From assembly GCF_009914755.1 (NCBI RefSeq), contig NC_060937.1: a stretch of 64,000 nucleotides of DNA, one strand, 5' to 3'. Source of the stretch: the human T2T-CHM13v2.0 reference genome, Homo sapiens. Of the stretch, positions 11,209 through 25,047 are shown piece after piece; positions within the stretch are counted from its first letter, which is position 1, and the number at the start of each line of letters is the position of its first letter. Position numbers and translations under genes: made by a program. The notes beneath the pieces are model-generated. The model was given only the letters and a program-made list of their open reading frames with translations. It had not been told where the DNA came from and searched no databases.

Positions 11209-13349
11209 TGACTAGAAGTCCCTAGTGTGTACCACTCTGACTGGAGAGCAGGAAGAATAGCGAGTAAACACTAGCTCTTCAATTACTACATCCAGGTAGA
11301 CACATTGAGATTCATCAAGGAAGCAACATGACCTATAGATAATGGAGAAGAGGGAGAGAGGGCAGCTTCCCACTGAGGAGTGGTGTGGAGCCAGAGGAGG
11401 CCCCTCACCATGGGGAAACAGTCAATGAATGTCCCTGGGACCCATACTTCTGCCACAAACTTTTGCAACCCTGGGCTCAGGAGATCACTCGTAACTTCCC
11501 ACCAATCTGGGCCTCCAGACTGACACAGAGAGCTATATAGAGTCTGGGCAGAGCCACCACTGAGGAACACACAAAGTCTCAAGAGCCTTGGATCCCCATC
11601 CCCAGGCAATGGGGCACCAGTGGCTGCAACTCCCTGACAACAGGGGAGGTCAGGCTCCCTCTCACACCCTTAGGATAGGGACCAAATCCACAGGGATGAG
11701 CAACAGATTGATTGCAGGCCTGCCTTCAGTGCACCTAGCTATATAAGACCCACTGGCCTGAGAACTGAGCATGGCCCCCCCAGCATCACCTGAACTCTCA
11801 GACTTGAGAGCAGCTCTGCCCTTCCCTGGAATGGAGCTCCCAGAGGTAGCAGACAGGCTACCATTTTTGTTCCTCCACAGCCCTTGCCCCTGTTGCCCTC
11901 AGGCTTGTGAGAAAGCACAGTGATTAGGTAATAGTGTGGATCCCAGTACAGTGCAGCTGCCTTATGGGAAAGTGGCCAGGCTGTTTTCCAGGCAGGTCCC
12001 CATCCCTGCTACTTCTCACTGGGCAGGACCTACTGACCTGGGGCCCCAATCACCCCCCACTTGGGCTCTCTGGCTAGTAGCAGCTCTGCATTTTCCTGGA
12101 ATAGAGCTCCCAGAAGTAGCAAGCAGGCCTGCCAACTTTACAGCTACACAGCCCCCACTCCTACTGCCCTCAGGCTTGGGAGGGAGTACAGTCATCAGGA
12201 CTAATGTGGGCCCCCAGCACAGTACAGCTTCTATACAGAAAAGCACCCATGTGAGTCCCCTTTGGGGAAAGAACATGGGACCTGGTTGCTACACTGTCAC
12301 CTGTAGCACACTGCAGCCACTATGTGGAGAGGAAATCCAGTCTTCCTTCCCTGTGAGCAGCTACGTCCTACTCTTCACCAGGCAGGGCCCCTGGTTAAGA
12401 ATCACAGAGCAGCCACCCTACCCCCAGCTGAGCATTCCCCTTGTAGTGGCTCTGTGTTTTCCTATAGTGGAGCTCCTAGAGGCAACTGACAGCTCTTCTG
12501 CTGCCACCACTGCAGCGGTTCTGCCTTTGCTGCCCTTAGACTGGAGAAGATACAAAAAGTCTGAGGGATTTACTCTTGCTTCCAGCACACTACAGTATCA
12601 TGCAGAGAGGAGCTCAGTCCCTCCTCCCTGTGAACCCTTTCCCTCCTGTTCTTCACCAAGCAGGTCCCCTGGCACAGTCCAGCAATGCAACCACCCCATC
12701 CCTTGGCTGAACATTGCCATTAGCTGTGTCCATTAACTGTTTCTCTGAGGGAGAGTTTCCAGAAGCAACCAAAAGCCCCTCTGCCATTGCCACTGCAGTG
12801 ATACTTCCCTTGCCACTCTGGTACAGGGGAAGGAACAAAGGCCTTGAGGGCTTTACCCACACCTCCAGCAAGCCATAGGCATCCTAATAAGAAGAGGCCA
12901 GTCCGTCTCCCCCACCAGCTCCCCTGCTCACCACCAGGCAGAGGCCCCTGGCTTGGGCCCACAACGCCAGTGCCCCACTTTGGGCCAATTGCAAATATTG
13001 GTAGTGGCTCTGCTTTTCTCCAAGGTGAAGCCCCAAGAGACAAGGGACAGGCCCTCTGCCACAGAACTTCCAAGGTCCCTTCTACGGCTTCTAAGTTGGG
13101 GAGGGAACATAAAGCCTGAGCTAACCCCACGGGTGTGGTGGGCAGCCCAGGAGTGTCAAGCCGAGATCTGCAGCCAGGACTGGAGTAGGAGAGGAGCTCA
13201 CACCTTTGCAGCACTCACAGGGAGCGTGCTGCAATTCTAACAAAATGCAGAAGAACCATTTAGCTGAGCAAGAGCCTACCTACAGGCCATTATGGTTAAG
13301 CACCATCTACTGGATTATAGCTCAAACTTCAAAACTAAAAATACTTTGT

Positions 13350-13693
<344 letters not shown>

Positions 13694-14794
13694 TCAGTCA
13701 GATAAAAATAAAGAAAAAAGGATTTATGAAAAGAAAAACCCTCCAAGAAATATGGGATTACATAAAGAGACCAAATCTATGACTCACTGTCATCTCTTGA
13801 AGGCAGGGGAAGAAAACAAGCAACTTGGAAAACATATTTGCAGATATCATCTATGAAAATTTCTCCAGCCTCGCTAGGGTGACCAACATTCAAATTCAGG
13901 AGATGTAAAGAGCCCCTGCAAGATATTATATAAGATGACCATTCCCAAGATACATAATCATCAGATTCTCCAAAGTCAACGTGAAAGAAAAAATATTAAA
14001 GGCAGCTAGAGGGAAGAGGTAGTTCATTTACAAAGGGAAACCCATCAGGATAACTGCAGACCTTTCAGCATAAACACTACAGGCCAGTAGAGATTGGGAG
14101 CCTATATTCAGCATTCTAAAAGAAAAGAAACTTCACCCATGAATTTCATATCCATTCAAACTAAGTATTATAAGTGAATGACAAACAAGATCCTTTTCAG
14201 ACAAACAAATTCCAAGGGAATTTATTTCCACCAGACCTGCCTTATAAGAGGTATTTAAGGGAGCAATAAATATGGAAGTGAAAGACCAATACCGGTCCCC
14301 ACAAAAACACACTTAAGTCATATAGGCCATGATGCTATAAAGCAACCACACAATGAAGTCTGTATAGTCACCACCTAAAAACACGATGACAGGAGCAAAT
14401 CTGCATATAACAATATTAATGTAAACAGGCAGAATTCCCCAATTAAAAGGCACAGAGTGACAAGTTGGATAAAGAACTACGAGCCAACTGTACGCTGTAT
14501 TCAAGACACTCAGCTCATGTACAATGACATCCATAGGTTCAAAGTAAAGGGATGGAGAAAAATCTACCAAGCAAACAGAAAATATGCAAAAAGCAGGCAT
14601 TACTATCCTACTTTTGGACAAAACAGACTTTAAATAAACAATGATTAAAAGAGACAAGGAAAGGTATTACCTAATGATAAAGGATTCAATTCCACAAGAA
14701 GATCTAATTGTCATCCTAAATATGTATACCCAACACAAGAACACCCAGGTTCATAAAGCAGGTTCTTAGAAACCTATGAAGAGGCTTTGAAAAC

Positions 14795-14798
14795 CACA

Positions 14799-14834
<36 letters not shown>
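14795..14834 (+). repeat. (CA)n microsatellite within L1 ORF2
   Basis: Visible run. Confidence 0.95.
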
Positions 14835-14836
<2 letters not shown>

Positions 14837-17321
14837 AATATAGTGAGAGACAACACCCCACTGACAATATTAGACAGATCATAAAGGTAGAAAACTAGCA
14901 AAGATATTTGGTACCTGAACTCAACTAGACTAAACAGACCTAACTGATATCTACAGAACTTTCCACCCAACACAACATAATATACATTCTTCTAATTTGC
15001 ACAAGGCAGATATTCTAAAATCGATCACATATTTGGACATAAAACAATCTTCAGCAAATTCAAAACAACTGAAATCATACCAAACATACTCTTGGACCAC
15101 GGCAAAATAAAAATAGAAATCCATACTAAGAAAATCACTCAAAACTATAAAATTACATGGAAATTAAACAACATTCTCCTGAATGACTTTTGGGTAAACA
15201 ATGAAATTAAGGCAAAAATCAAAAAATTATTTTGAACTAATGAGAACAAAGACACAACTTACCAGAATCTCAGGAACACTAAAGCAGAGTTAAGAGAGGA
15301 GTTTATAGCACTAAACACTCATATTGAAAAGTTACAAAAATCTCAAATTAACAGCCTATCAACACATCTAGAGGAACTAGAGAAACAAGAGCTAACTAAC
15401 CCCAAAGGTAGCAGAAGACAAGAATAACAAAAAGCAGAGCTAAGCTAAAGAAAACTGAGACACAAAAAGCCATACAAAAGATAAATGAATTCAGGAGTTA
15501 ATTATTTGAAAGAATAAATAAGATAGATAGCTCACCAGCTTAAATAGTAAAGAAAAAAAAGAGAGAAGATTCAAATATATATAATCAAAAATGACAAAGG
15601 GACATTACCAACAACCCCACAGAAATACAAAAAACCCAGAGAGACAACACCTTTCAAAACTAGAAAACCTACAAGAAATTGATAAATTCCTGGAAACATA
15701 CAACCCCTAAGATTGAACCTGGAAGAAACTGAATCCTTGAGTAGACCAATAATGAGTTCTGAAACTGAATTCATAATAAAAAGCCTACCAACCAGAAAAA
15801 GCCCATGAACAGATACGGACTCACAGTCAAATTCTACCAGATGTATAGGAAAGAGCTGACACCATTTCTAATGAAACTATTGCAAAAAATTGAGGAGCAG
15901 AGACCGCTCCCCAACTTATTTGTGAAGCCAGCATCATCTTGATACCAAAACATAGCAGAGACACAACGAATAAAGAAAACTTCAGACCAAAAACCTTGAT
16001 GAATATACATGCAAAAGTACTCCACAAAATACTAACAAACTGAGTCCAGCAGCAATTCAAAAAGCTGATCTACCACAATCAAGTAGGCTTTATCTCTTAC
16101 AGGCAAGATTGGTTCAACATATACAAATTAATAAATGTGATCCATTTCATAAACAGAACTGAAACAAAAGCCACATGATTGTTTCAATACATGCATAAAA
16201 TGATTTTGATAAAATTCAATATCCTTTCATATTAAAACCTTTAACAAACTAGACTTTGAAGAAACATACCTCAAAATAATGAGAGCAATCTGTGACAAAC
16301 CCACAAGTAACATCATACTGCATAGGAAAAAGCTGGAAGCATTCCCTTTGAGAACTGAAAGAAGTCAAGGATGCCTTCTTTCTTTTAAGTTCTTTGAGAA
16401 TTGCTACACTGCTTTCCACAATGGCTGAGCTAATTTACATTCCTACCAGTAGTGTATAAGCATTCCCGTTTTTCCACAGCCTCACCAGCATCTGTTATTT
16501 TTGGACTTCTTAATGTAGTCATTCTGCTTGGGGTGAGGTGGCATCTCATTGTGGTTTTAATTTGCATTTCTCTAATGGTTAGTGATAGCAATCCTATTAT
16601 TGGATATATATTCAAAGGAATATAAATCATTCTACTATAAAGACACATGCAGGCATACATTCATTCTAGCAACATTCACAATAGTAAAAACATGGAATCA
16701 ACCTAAATGTCCAGCAATGGTAGAGTGAAAAAAGAAAAGATGGTACATATATACTATAGAATACTATGTAGCCATAAAAAAGAATGAGATCATGTCCTAT
16801 GCAGTGGCATGAATGGAGCTGGAGGCCATTATCCTAAACAACCTAACACAGGAACAGAAAACCAAATACCACATGTTCTCACTTGTAAGTGGGAGCTAAA
16901 CGTTGAGAACGCATAAACACAACGAAGGACCTACTTGAAGGTACAGGGTGAGAGGAGGGAGAGGATCAAAAAACTACCTATTAGGTACTATGTTTATTAC
17001 CTGGGTGATGAAATAATCTGTACACAAAATCCCTATGACATTCAATTTACCAGTATAACAAACTTGCACATGTACAACTGAACGTATAATAAAAGTTAAA
17101 AAAATAAAAATAAATTAAAAATGCATTGAATACAGCAGGATCAGCCATGTAACTTGGAAAGGTTTACCCAAGTATACATTGGGTAGGTAGAATAGCAGAT
17201 ATTTGTGCTCTTATGTTCTATGGTTCACTAAGTAATTTGTAGTATAAGAGATAATTTTCTCTTTCTTAATGATAAAATTACCATAGTACCAAAGTAACTT
17301 AGCTTTAGCCTTCTTCTAAAA

Positions 17322-17535
17322 TAGGCATATTCAACCTCAGCAACTGGGCCAAACAAATTTTTGTTGAGGGAAATGTTCTTTGTGTTTTAGGATATTTAGA
17401 AGCACTTCTGGCCTCTGGCCAATAGCTGCCTAACACTCCTCTCCCTCTTTTCTAGAGTTGCAATAAAAAAATATGTCTAGATGTTGTCAAATCTTTCTTG
17501 GGGGGCAAAAGTGTCACCTCTTCAGAACTACCAGT
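17322..17535. mobile_element. MER20 (hAT-Charlie MITE)
   Basis: tcaacctcagca start; gtctagatgttgtcaaat...ggggggcaaaa...agaactac end. Confidence 0.8.
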
Positions 17536-17564
17536 TAGTAGATATGCTAAAAAGAGCCGGGTTG

Positions 17565-17875
17565 CTTTTTAATTTTATTGCATATTGACAAATTATAATT
17601 GTATATAATTATGGGATACAAAGTGCAGGAGGCTGAATGAAATAGGAGGATCACCTGAGTCTGGGAGTTCGAGGCTGCAGTGAGCTATGATCACACAGTG
17701 CACTCTAGCCTGGATGACAGAGTGAGACCCTGTCTCAAAAAAAAAAAAAAAAAGGATAAAAAAGGAATATGCGATAATTGCGTACCTGCGATAATATGAT
17801 GCAGGTACGCAATGTGGAATGATTAAATCAAGTTAATTAACATATCCATCATCCATCATCTCAAATACTTATTTG
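17565..17875 (-). mobile_element. L1MA 3' terminal fragment interrupted by an Alu fragment
   Basis: gacaaattataattgtatat...caatgtggaatgattaaatcaag...aacatatccatc. Confidence 0.7.
17626..17755 (+). mobile_element. AluJ/FLAM-type 3' fragment
   Basis: ggaggatcacctgag...gaggctgcagtgagctatgatc...gtgagaccctgtctc plus A-tail; no TSD. Confidence 0.85.
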
Positions 17876-17980
17876 TGTGTTTGTGTGTGCAATGAAATTT
17901 ATAAGCATGTTTCTGCTTTGTTTGGTTTGATTGTTTTTGTTACTCTAGTCTTTCTTTTGTTCTTGATTCTATAATGTAAC

Positions 17981-18178
17981 ACAGACATTCCCCAATTTGT
18001 GATGCTTTTACTTAACAACTTTTCAAGTTTCCAGTGGGATTATCAGCAGGTAACCCTATCGAAAGTTGAGAAGTAATTGTACTTATTATAGTTTGACTTA
18101 GGATTTTTTGACCTACAGTATTTTTGACTTATGTGGGCTCATCAGGACATAACCCCACCATAAGTTGAGGAGCATCTG
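17981..18178. mobile_element. TcMar-Tigger MITE (MER47-like)
   Basis: Terminal ggacataacccc...taagttgaggagcatctg with an inverted cagac start. Confidence 0.7.
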
Positions 18179-18272
18179 TGTATTATCTGAACTCAAAGCA
18201 GATACTCTTTTGTAAAATAGTAACAGCAATTTGACACTTCATCTCTACCTGCATTACCTCTAACAATGATAG

Positions 18273-19061
18273 TGAAACAGGAGAGTTTCCTCATTCCTCT
18301 TGTAGGACATGCAGCAGGGATGTGGCTCTCCTGTTTGGTCACCCTGCTGCTCAAACCCCTTGTGGGAGGGGAAGCATGCAGACAGGCAGGTGCACAGCCT
18401 GGGGGAGTGCTTTGGGCTCCAGCTCTGTTGTAGTGTCTAGGGGTGGGTGCCTGCAACCCCAGTGTTACAAAGCTCCTTCAGCTTTGCCATCCACAGATGG
18501 CTTGAGTGCAAATCAGCTCAATGGATCCTCTGTCTTTTTGCAAGGTCAGAGGGCCAGTGTGACAGCTTTCTGTATCCTGAGATCTTGTCCAGCGTTCCGA
18601 AAAAATTGGGTCACACATAGATTCAAGGATGAACGTGCGGTTTTATTGAGTGGTGGAGGTGGCTTTCAGCGGGATAGACAGGGAACTGGAAGTGGGGGAT
18701 GGAGTGAGTAGGTGATCCTCCCCTGGAGTTGGGCCGTCCAGTAGCCGGACTCCTCTCTGACCACCCCCAGCCATACTCCTCTCGGTGTTCAAATGTTCCT
18801 CTTCTCCCCCCTTTATCTGCTACATCATTCCACTATCTGTCTGCTGGTCTGCTGGCTTGCTGGTCTGCTCTGGAGCTTGGAATTCAGGGTTTATATGGGT
18901 TCAGGGTAGGGGGTGTGGTGGGTTGAAAGGCAACTTTTTGGGTGTGAAAACAGGAATGCCTGTTCTCATTTAGGGCCACTAGTATCCAGGCTCGAGGATG
19001 GGGCCTTTGCCGGAGAACTGCCCTCTTCTACCCAGTATTTCCCTGTCTCCTGTCCATGTCA
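18273..19061 (-). mobile_element. ERV1 solo LTR, LTR1 family (HUERS-P2 group)
   Basis: TG...CA ends; exact 4-bp TSD ATAG (18269-18272 and 19062-19065); minus strand starts TGACATGGACAGGAGACAGGGAAATACTGGGTAGAAGAGGG. Confidence 0.85.
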
Positions 19062-19234
19062 ATAGAGACAGTAGAAATGATGTATACAAAGCCTATAGTA
19101 TGTCCTTAATAAAGACTAGCTGTAGTCATTCTTTTTCATAAACAAAGACTAAGTAAACAAAAGTATTATTTATCTTCTTCATTTGTGCTGAAATTTTTGA
19201 GGTATTTAGTTATTTCTTTCTATTTTTTATCTTT

Positions 19235-19455
19235 CCTTAACTTTTAATTTGAAATAAATATAGATCAAGAAGTTGCAAAAATAATGCAGAGAAGTCTCCT
19301 GTCCTCTTTATCCCATTTACTCTATAGGTAACATGTAACTCTAGTACAATATCGAAACTAGGAAATTGACATTGGTACAACCTACATACAGTACTTATTT
19401 AGATTTTGCCAGTTTTTATATGAATTTATTTGTGTATGTGTGTATATAATTCTTT
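19235..19455 (-). mobile_element. Old L1M 3' fragment
   Basis: agaagttgcaaaaataatgcagagaagtc...ggaaattgacattggtacaa. Confidence 0.65.
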
Positions 19456-20356
19456 TTTAAACATTTTTTCTTATACTTTAAGTTCTGGGAGGCCTTCTTT
19501 TGACTGTTGAGTTCTCCACAGTCTGGTTACAGATTGCGACCTCCTATGGAAAAGAATTACGATTATTTAAAATCTTTTCCACACAGATCTATATAGCATC
19601 ATACATACCTAGGCCTCTGTAACATCAGCTACATTGATAGCAAGGGATGTCAGTCTGCTTTTCATCTCTTTTCAATAACATCCACCACAATATGCGTGAT
19701 ACATTGTTCCTTTTTATAACCATTTTTTATACTAAAATAGAATTCTGTAGATTCAAAGCAATGTAGAAATCCCAAGTCTCACACAAAAAATGTAATTGGG
19801 GCCCAACTGTGCCTCTCCTTAGGTCTAACTCTGAGTCAAGACTGGGAATTATTGTTATATGCTTATGAAGTATTCAGCATCCTTTGCTCAAAGTAATTAT
19901 TGGTTTCTTCATTTATAGCTAAAGTTGATATAGGGAACACACTCGACAAAAAAAAAAAAAAAAAAAATACACACAAGAGTCAGGATTTCTCCAGGGAATC
20001 TTGAAAGTATCTGCACTGCCAAATTCCAAAGAGGCTCTATCGTGATTATCTTACACTGACAATACCAAAGACACTGGCAATACGAAAGACACTGACTGCA
20101 ATCTTGCAGGTACTAGAGAAAGGTTTCTAGCCATGTTTCAAAAGGGTTTATAGTCAGTCATTGAAATCCATTTTCTCCCACACAGGTATGCATGGAATTC
20201 TATCTCTATCCCTCCAAGAACTTTGTTTAAATAATTTTGCTTAAGAGGAATGAAATGTCCTTTTCTGTCAAGGTAGGAAATGTTTGCGCACTGATTTTAT
20301 TCACGGCTAACAGAGTACCTAATGCAAGAGAGCTTCCTTGCTAGGCAACTTCCTCT

Positions 20357-20372
20357 GAGAGAGAGAGAGAGA

Positions 20373-20409
<37 letters not shown>
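20357..20409 (+). repeat. (GA)n microsatellite
   Basis: Visible run. Confidence 0.95.
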
Positions 20410-20413
<4 letters not shown>

Positions 20414-20981
20414 TGTGTGTGTTGTTTCTGCACAGATTATCGGCCAGCATTGCAGCATGGAGAATTGCAATGTGCTGACATCTGGGCAGGTGCTTTCATG
20501 ACCTTTCCAGTGCAACACAGATTCCTTATATAGTGACAATTGCATTCTGGCAGCAGTTAAATCTAGATTCAGTGATGCAATAAGACACAGTTCACCAGTC
20601 ATTTATGAATTTTACATACAAACTCATGCATGAGAATAGTTCCAAGTGAGGAGAAAAGGAAAGTGGTTATTTTTATTTAGAGCATTTCTCTGTCTGTCTA
20701 AAAGAATCTATTAAAAGAAAATAAAATCATGTTTGCTTGGCTATTGACCATTCTCTTCCTTTTATAACAAATAGGTTTAGTGTTCGACCTTAAGATATTT
20801 CTAGCAAGCATTCACCTTAGCAAACTTTTGAGTGCCTCAAAAGAGAATCTTTAACAACTTGTAACATTTCTTTGTGTAGAGCATTTTTGAAACCTTCATT
20901 GAATCAGTAATTTAGAAAAAGACAACCTATGGTAATATAAACAGCTTTAGTGGAGCACAGATAAAATGAATCCCTCAAAAA

Positions 20982-21160
20982 TAGGTTGCCACATAAATAC
21001 AGACCTAGTTAAATTTGAATTACAGGTAACAAAAGATTTCAATTTTTAGTATAAAGATAACCCATATATTGAATGGAAAACAGCTATATTAAAAATCTTT
21101 TTAATCTTAAATTCAAATTTAACTACATATCTTGTATGTTCTGTTTGCTAAATTTGTCAC
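20982..21160. mobile_element. MER53 (hAT MITE)
   Basis: aggttgcca...aaatacag...agttaaatttgaat with inverted attcaaatttaact. Confidence 0.75.
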
Positions 21161-24100
21161 TTGCGTTCAATGGAACACAAGTGACAGATATATATTTCAA
21201 AATGTTGCTAGCATAATGTCAGTGTCGCTATATTCAAACATCTGAAATTATTTTCCTATTTTTTTCCAGCTCCATTATATACAATATTTAAAACAAATAA
21301 AAAGAGATGCTTCACTCAGCAGGCAGTCACCTTGTGAAATTCACTGTCACCATAGGTCACTGGGCTGAATAATTTTATGACCAATAATAACATTTGTCTG
21401 AACACATGCTGAGAAAAGGTATCAAATCTCACACTTTAGGGAGTAAGTTGCTCATTGCAGAAACTGGGAGAGAATGACTTCCTGCACAATTGGTTAGGGG
21501 TATTATAAGGGTTATGGTCATTGTCAGAGAGGCTGTTTGCCTCCATGGATCAGTACAGAGGCTGACAATCAATGCATGTGGTCCTAAAAGTGGATGCAAA
21601 ATTCACTAATAGTAAGGAGGATGATCACGATGATTAAAATAATCATGCACAGCCTTAATTAAAAGAGGCATGTATCTATGGGCGGAAATGGTTAATTTTA
21701 GATTATTTTATTTGATACAATAGAAATAAATATATTAATTTATGAAGCCTGTTTTTCCCTTCTGGGCCAGGATTACAGGAGGTAGAAATAGTGGGGACAG
21801 TTCAATAGCCCTCCTCTTCTGCACAGGACTGCTGCCTTTCTTTATAGCCACATTGTATACAAAAGTTATCTCAGTTTTACAGAATGAAATGGAAAAATAT
21901 TATAATCCAATTTTAAGTCATATAAAGGAAGTGATTTCACAAAATTATCAGAAAGGAAAGCTTGCCTATTCTTTTCAGCTATCAAACACCTCCTTTTACT
22001 CTTTCTTATGAATCTAGACTTGCCATGCTTTCTCTCTCTCTCTCTCTCTCGTTGTTTTGCAATGGATAAATGCTATGATAAATGAATTCATTGCAAAGTG
22101 ACATCAGCTCCATTGAGTAAACTTTCATAAGGGAAGTCCTAGGGAAAGGGGAAAACAGAGAAGAGACAACCATTTAGCCAAAGCAATGAATGCCTAATGG
22201 TAGAATTTCCAGAGATGTAGGGGAAAATCCTTAGTGTCTTTCAAATCATTTCATATATGACTGCTTAGTTCACTTACTTTTAAGGCTACTACCACATTCT
22301 GAGCCCTTCAACTGTTGCTCCAGGGTTTGATTATGGTGCTTAAATCTGAAAACCGATGTAAGTTGTGAAAATAAAAATACAGTAGAAGGATGGGGAGATG
22401 TCCTACCTACTTCTGTAATTCTGAGAGGTCATAACTAAGCCAAATTAAGCAAAAACAAATTGCTGACTTTTGATTTTTATTTTTGTTACCAATTAACATT
22501 TATCATTGAATTGTAACTCAGTATCAGTACATCATTTGTATTGCAGGATGGTTCTCAGAGTCAATTATTGAGCTTAAGGAGGAATGATCTTTAAGGAAAA
22601 TTGCAATTAGTAGGATTAAAATATACTTTCTTCAAACTCCCAGAAATGAACATAGTCCATAACAAAAACTTGAAGAAAAAAGAAAACATACATTTAAATG
22701 AATAGAATGATCACCTCTAGACACAATTAAACAATTATTAATTCCATCAAAATAATACTTACTATATACCCTTTACTCTGAGATACATCTAGTTACTTAT
22801 ATATTAACTACTTTAGTTACCAGAAACACACTCAAATGAAAACAGTTTGTGTAGCTAAAATCTGAGATAAAACAGATAATCAAGGAAGAAGTTCATTATA
22901 AAGAAGTAAATAATTTATTATTTCTGAGATGAAACTTGACGTTTAAAACTAGGGACATATTTGATACAATCAAAGAAATTGAAGCAACAGTTAAATATCT
23001 CAACGAGTTGTTTTGCATTATTTGTTGTTGAGACAAAGATAAATATTTGGAATAAAAATGAAAAGTTTACTATTAAATTTTATGAGTACTGTACCAAACT
23101 ATAGGATGTTCAAATGCAAGTTGATAATAGTAATATTTTTAGCAAAGATGACTGATCTGATTTTTTGTTCATGTTTCAGTGTTACACTTACAATGCCTGA
23201 ATCCAATATGTCCACTGAATCTCTCAATGTAGTTTCTCTCTCAGCCATTGAATTAATTACCCCATATATCTAATTTGTCAATACCTTAAATCTGGAGTAC
23301 AAATTTTATACTGATGGATTTCCATGGAAGTAAGCATCACTTTTATATAGTGAAGTTGTTTCTTATCTTTCTTCTTTTAAAAAAATCATTTTGAAACAAC
23401 CCAGATGTTTGGAATCATGTACTCAAATGCTTAATTAGTTTTCTGTTTTAGGAAAAAAAGTAGATTCTTTCTGGAACTGTCTCTTCATGGTAACAATCAA
23501 TATTGAATTAGAAAATAATGAGTAAATAAGCCGGTATTTAAAAAAACATGTTTTATTTTCATCAGGTTAAGGACAAGGATTCCTTTTGAAGTATACGTTT
23601 CTGTCTAAAAGTTGCTATGTTTACATTAAGTAAATGCACAGACACTGCAACATATTTTAAACGTATATCAGATTACATCAAATAGCTTCATCTCAAAACC
23701 TTTTTCTTTTTTTGGTTTTCTTTTCATTCCCCTTTAGATTATAGTTGGCAAAATTCTTTCATCTTGGTGAAAATTTGGAGGCAACTTGGATTTTGCTTTC
23801 AAAGGCTGCATAATTTCTCACTGAAGTAAACAAGCCTAATTTTGGAAGCATATATTGTGCTCATTAAAGTGCTCCATTTGTAACTATAATATAAAATATC
23901 TACAGAGAGTAGATTTTGTTTAGTGTCTACAAGTACTTCATTTTATAGATATTTCCCAACCAACACACACAAACATACTTCAACCTTATGGCTGGCAGCA
24001 GTATATTGCCATCTGTGTGTTTGTATTTTAAGCAGAACATACTATGAAAATGTAGTAAAAATATACAACAGAAAAGAAAACTGAAGCCAGTTTTAAGTAG

Positions 24101-25047
24101 ACTACTTCTTGGCTTGAAATAGTTATCATGCCAAACATTATCATCTGTGCTCTTCTAAAATAGTACTGTTAAATAAATATAAATGAATATCCACATTTTA
24201 GAAAGAGCAAATAGAAATGAACCAAATGGCTGGAAATGTTTGTTTCCTTAGGAAAAGGTCATCTTTAACAAATACAGTAATATACAGTCCCTCATATTTT
24301 CTTCTTTCCTTTAAATTATTTTAATTATAGCTACTATCTGTGTGTAATTTAAAAAAATCTTTATTGGGTGTATGTAAATATTATTCTGCACTTTGTAATT
24401 ATGTTAACTATTTATAGGTTCTCTACCATTATCTCTAAGATTAAGTTCCAGAAACTAGTATATTTTTGCTGCTTCAAACCAAGAATGAGAATATTTAATA
24501 TTAGTAACTCAATTGGTATCAGATATTTTCTATATTTTCTTGAAGATCATCTTGTCAATAGCCAATACCAAATTTCTGGATAGAAATGGAAATATTTAGT
24601 AAATTATGTACACATTTTTATATCTTTTATATATCTAGGTCATTAGACTAATCACAAAATGTGACTGAAGTTTTCATTTTTTCTAGATATCTAATGCATT
24701 AAAATTCTCAGTTCAGATTTTTATGGCACATTTGAGAAAAATGATTTTTTAAAATTCAACCTGTATTTATTCTGTGTGTAATATAATGTTTCCTAATAAT
24801 AGCTACATCTAACTTCATATGTTTTTATTAATTCATAAAATCAACCATCAAAAGATGGCCATAAGTAGCACCCACACTTCAAAAAACAAAAATCAATCTA
24901 ATGTCTACAGTGCTTTTAGAACATGGTAAAATTTGTAACATACACCAAAGAACAACCAGTGACCCACAAATGAAATACAATTAACCCCTGTTGTGTTGGT
25001 TTCAAATGCAACAAACAATCAAACAAAATGCACATGAAAAATCAGAT

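Noticed and set aside
11936-12736. Longest ORF (266 aa) and overlapping ORFs to 13240
   Set aside because: GTG start, lies in the GC-rich repetitive L1 5'UTR where stops are scarce, and shows no recognisable domain.
19947-19967. Isolated poly(A) run, possible processed pseudogene tail
   Set aside because: No convincing TSD, poly(A) signal or upstream coding relic.
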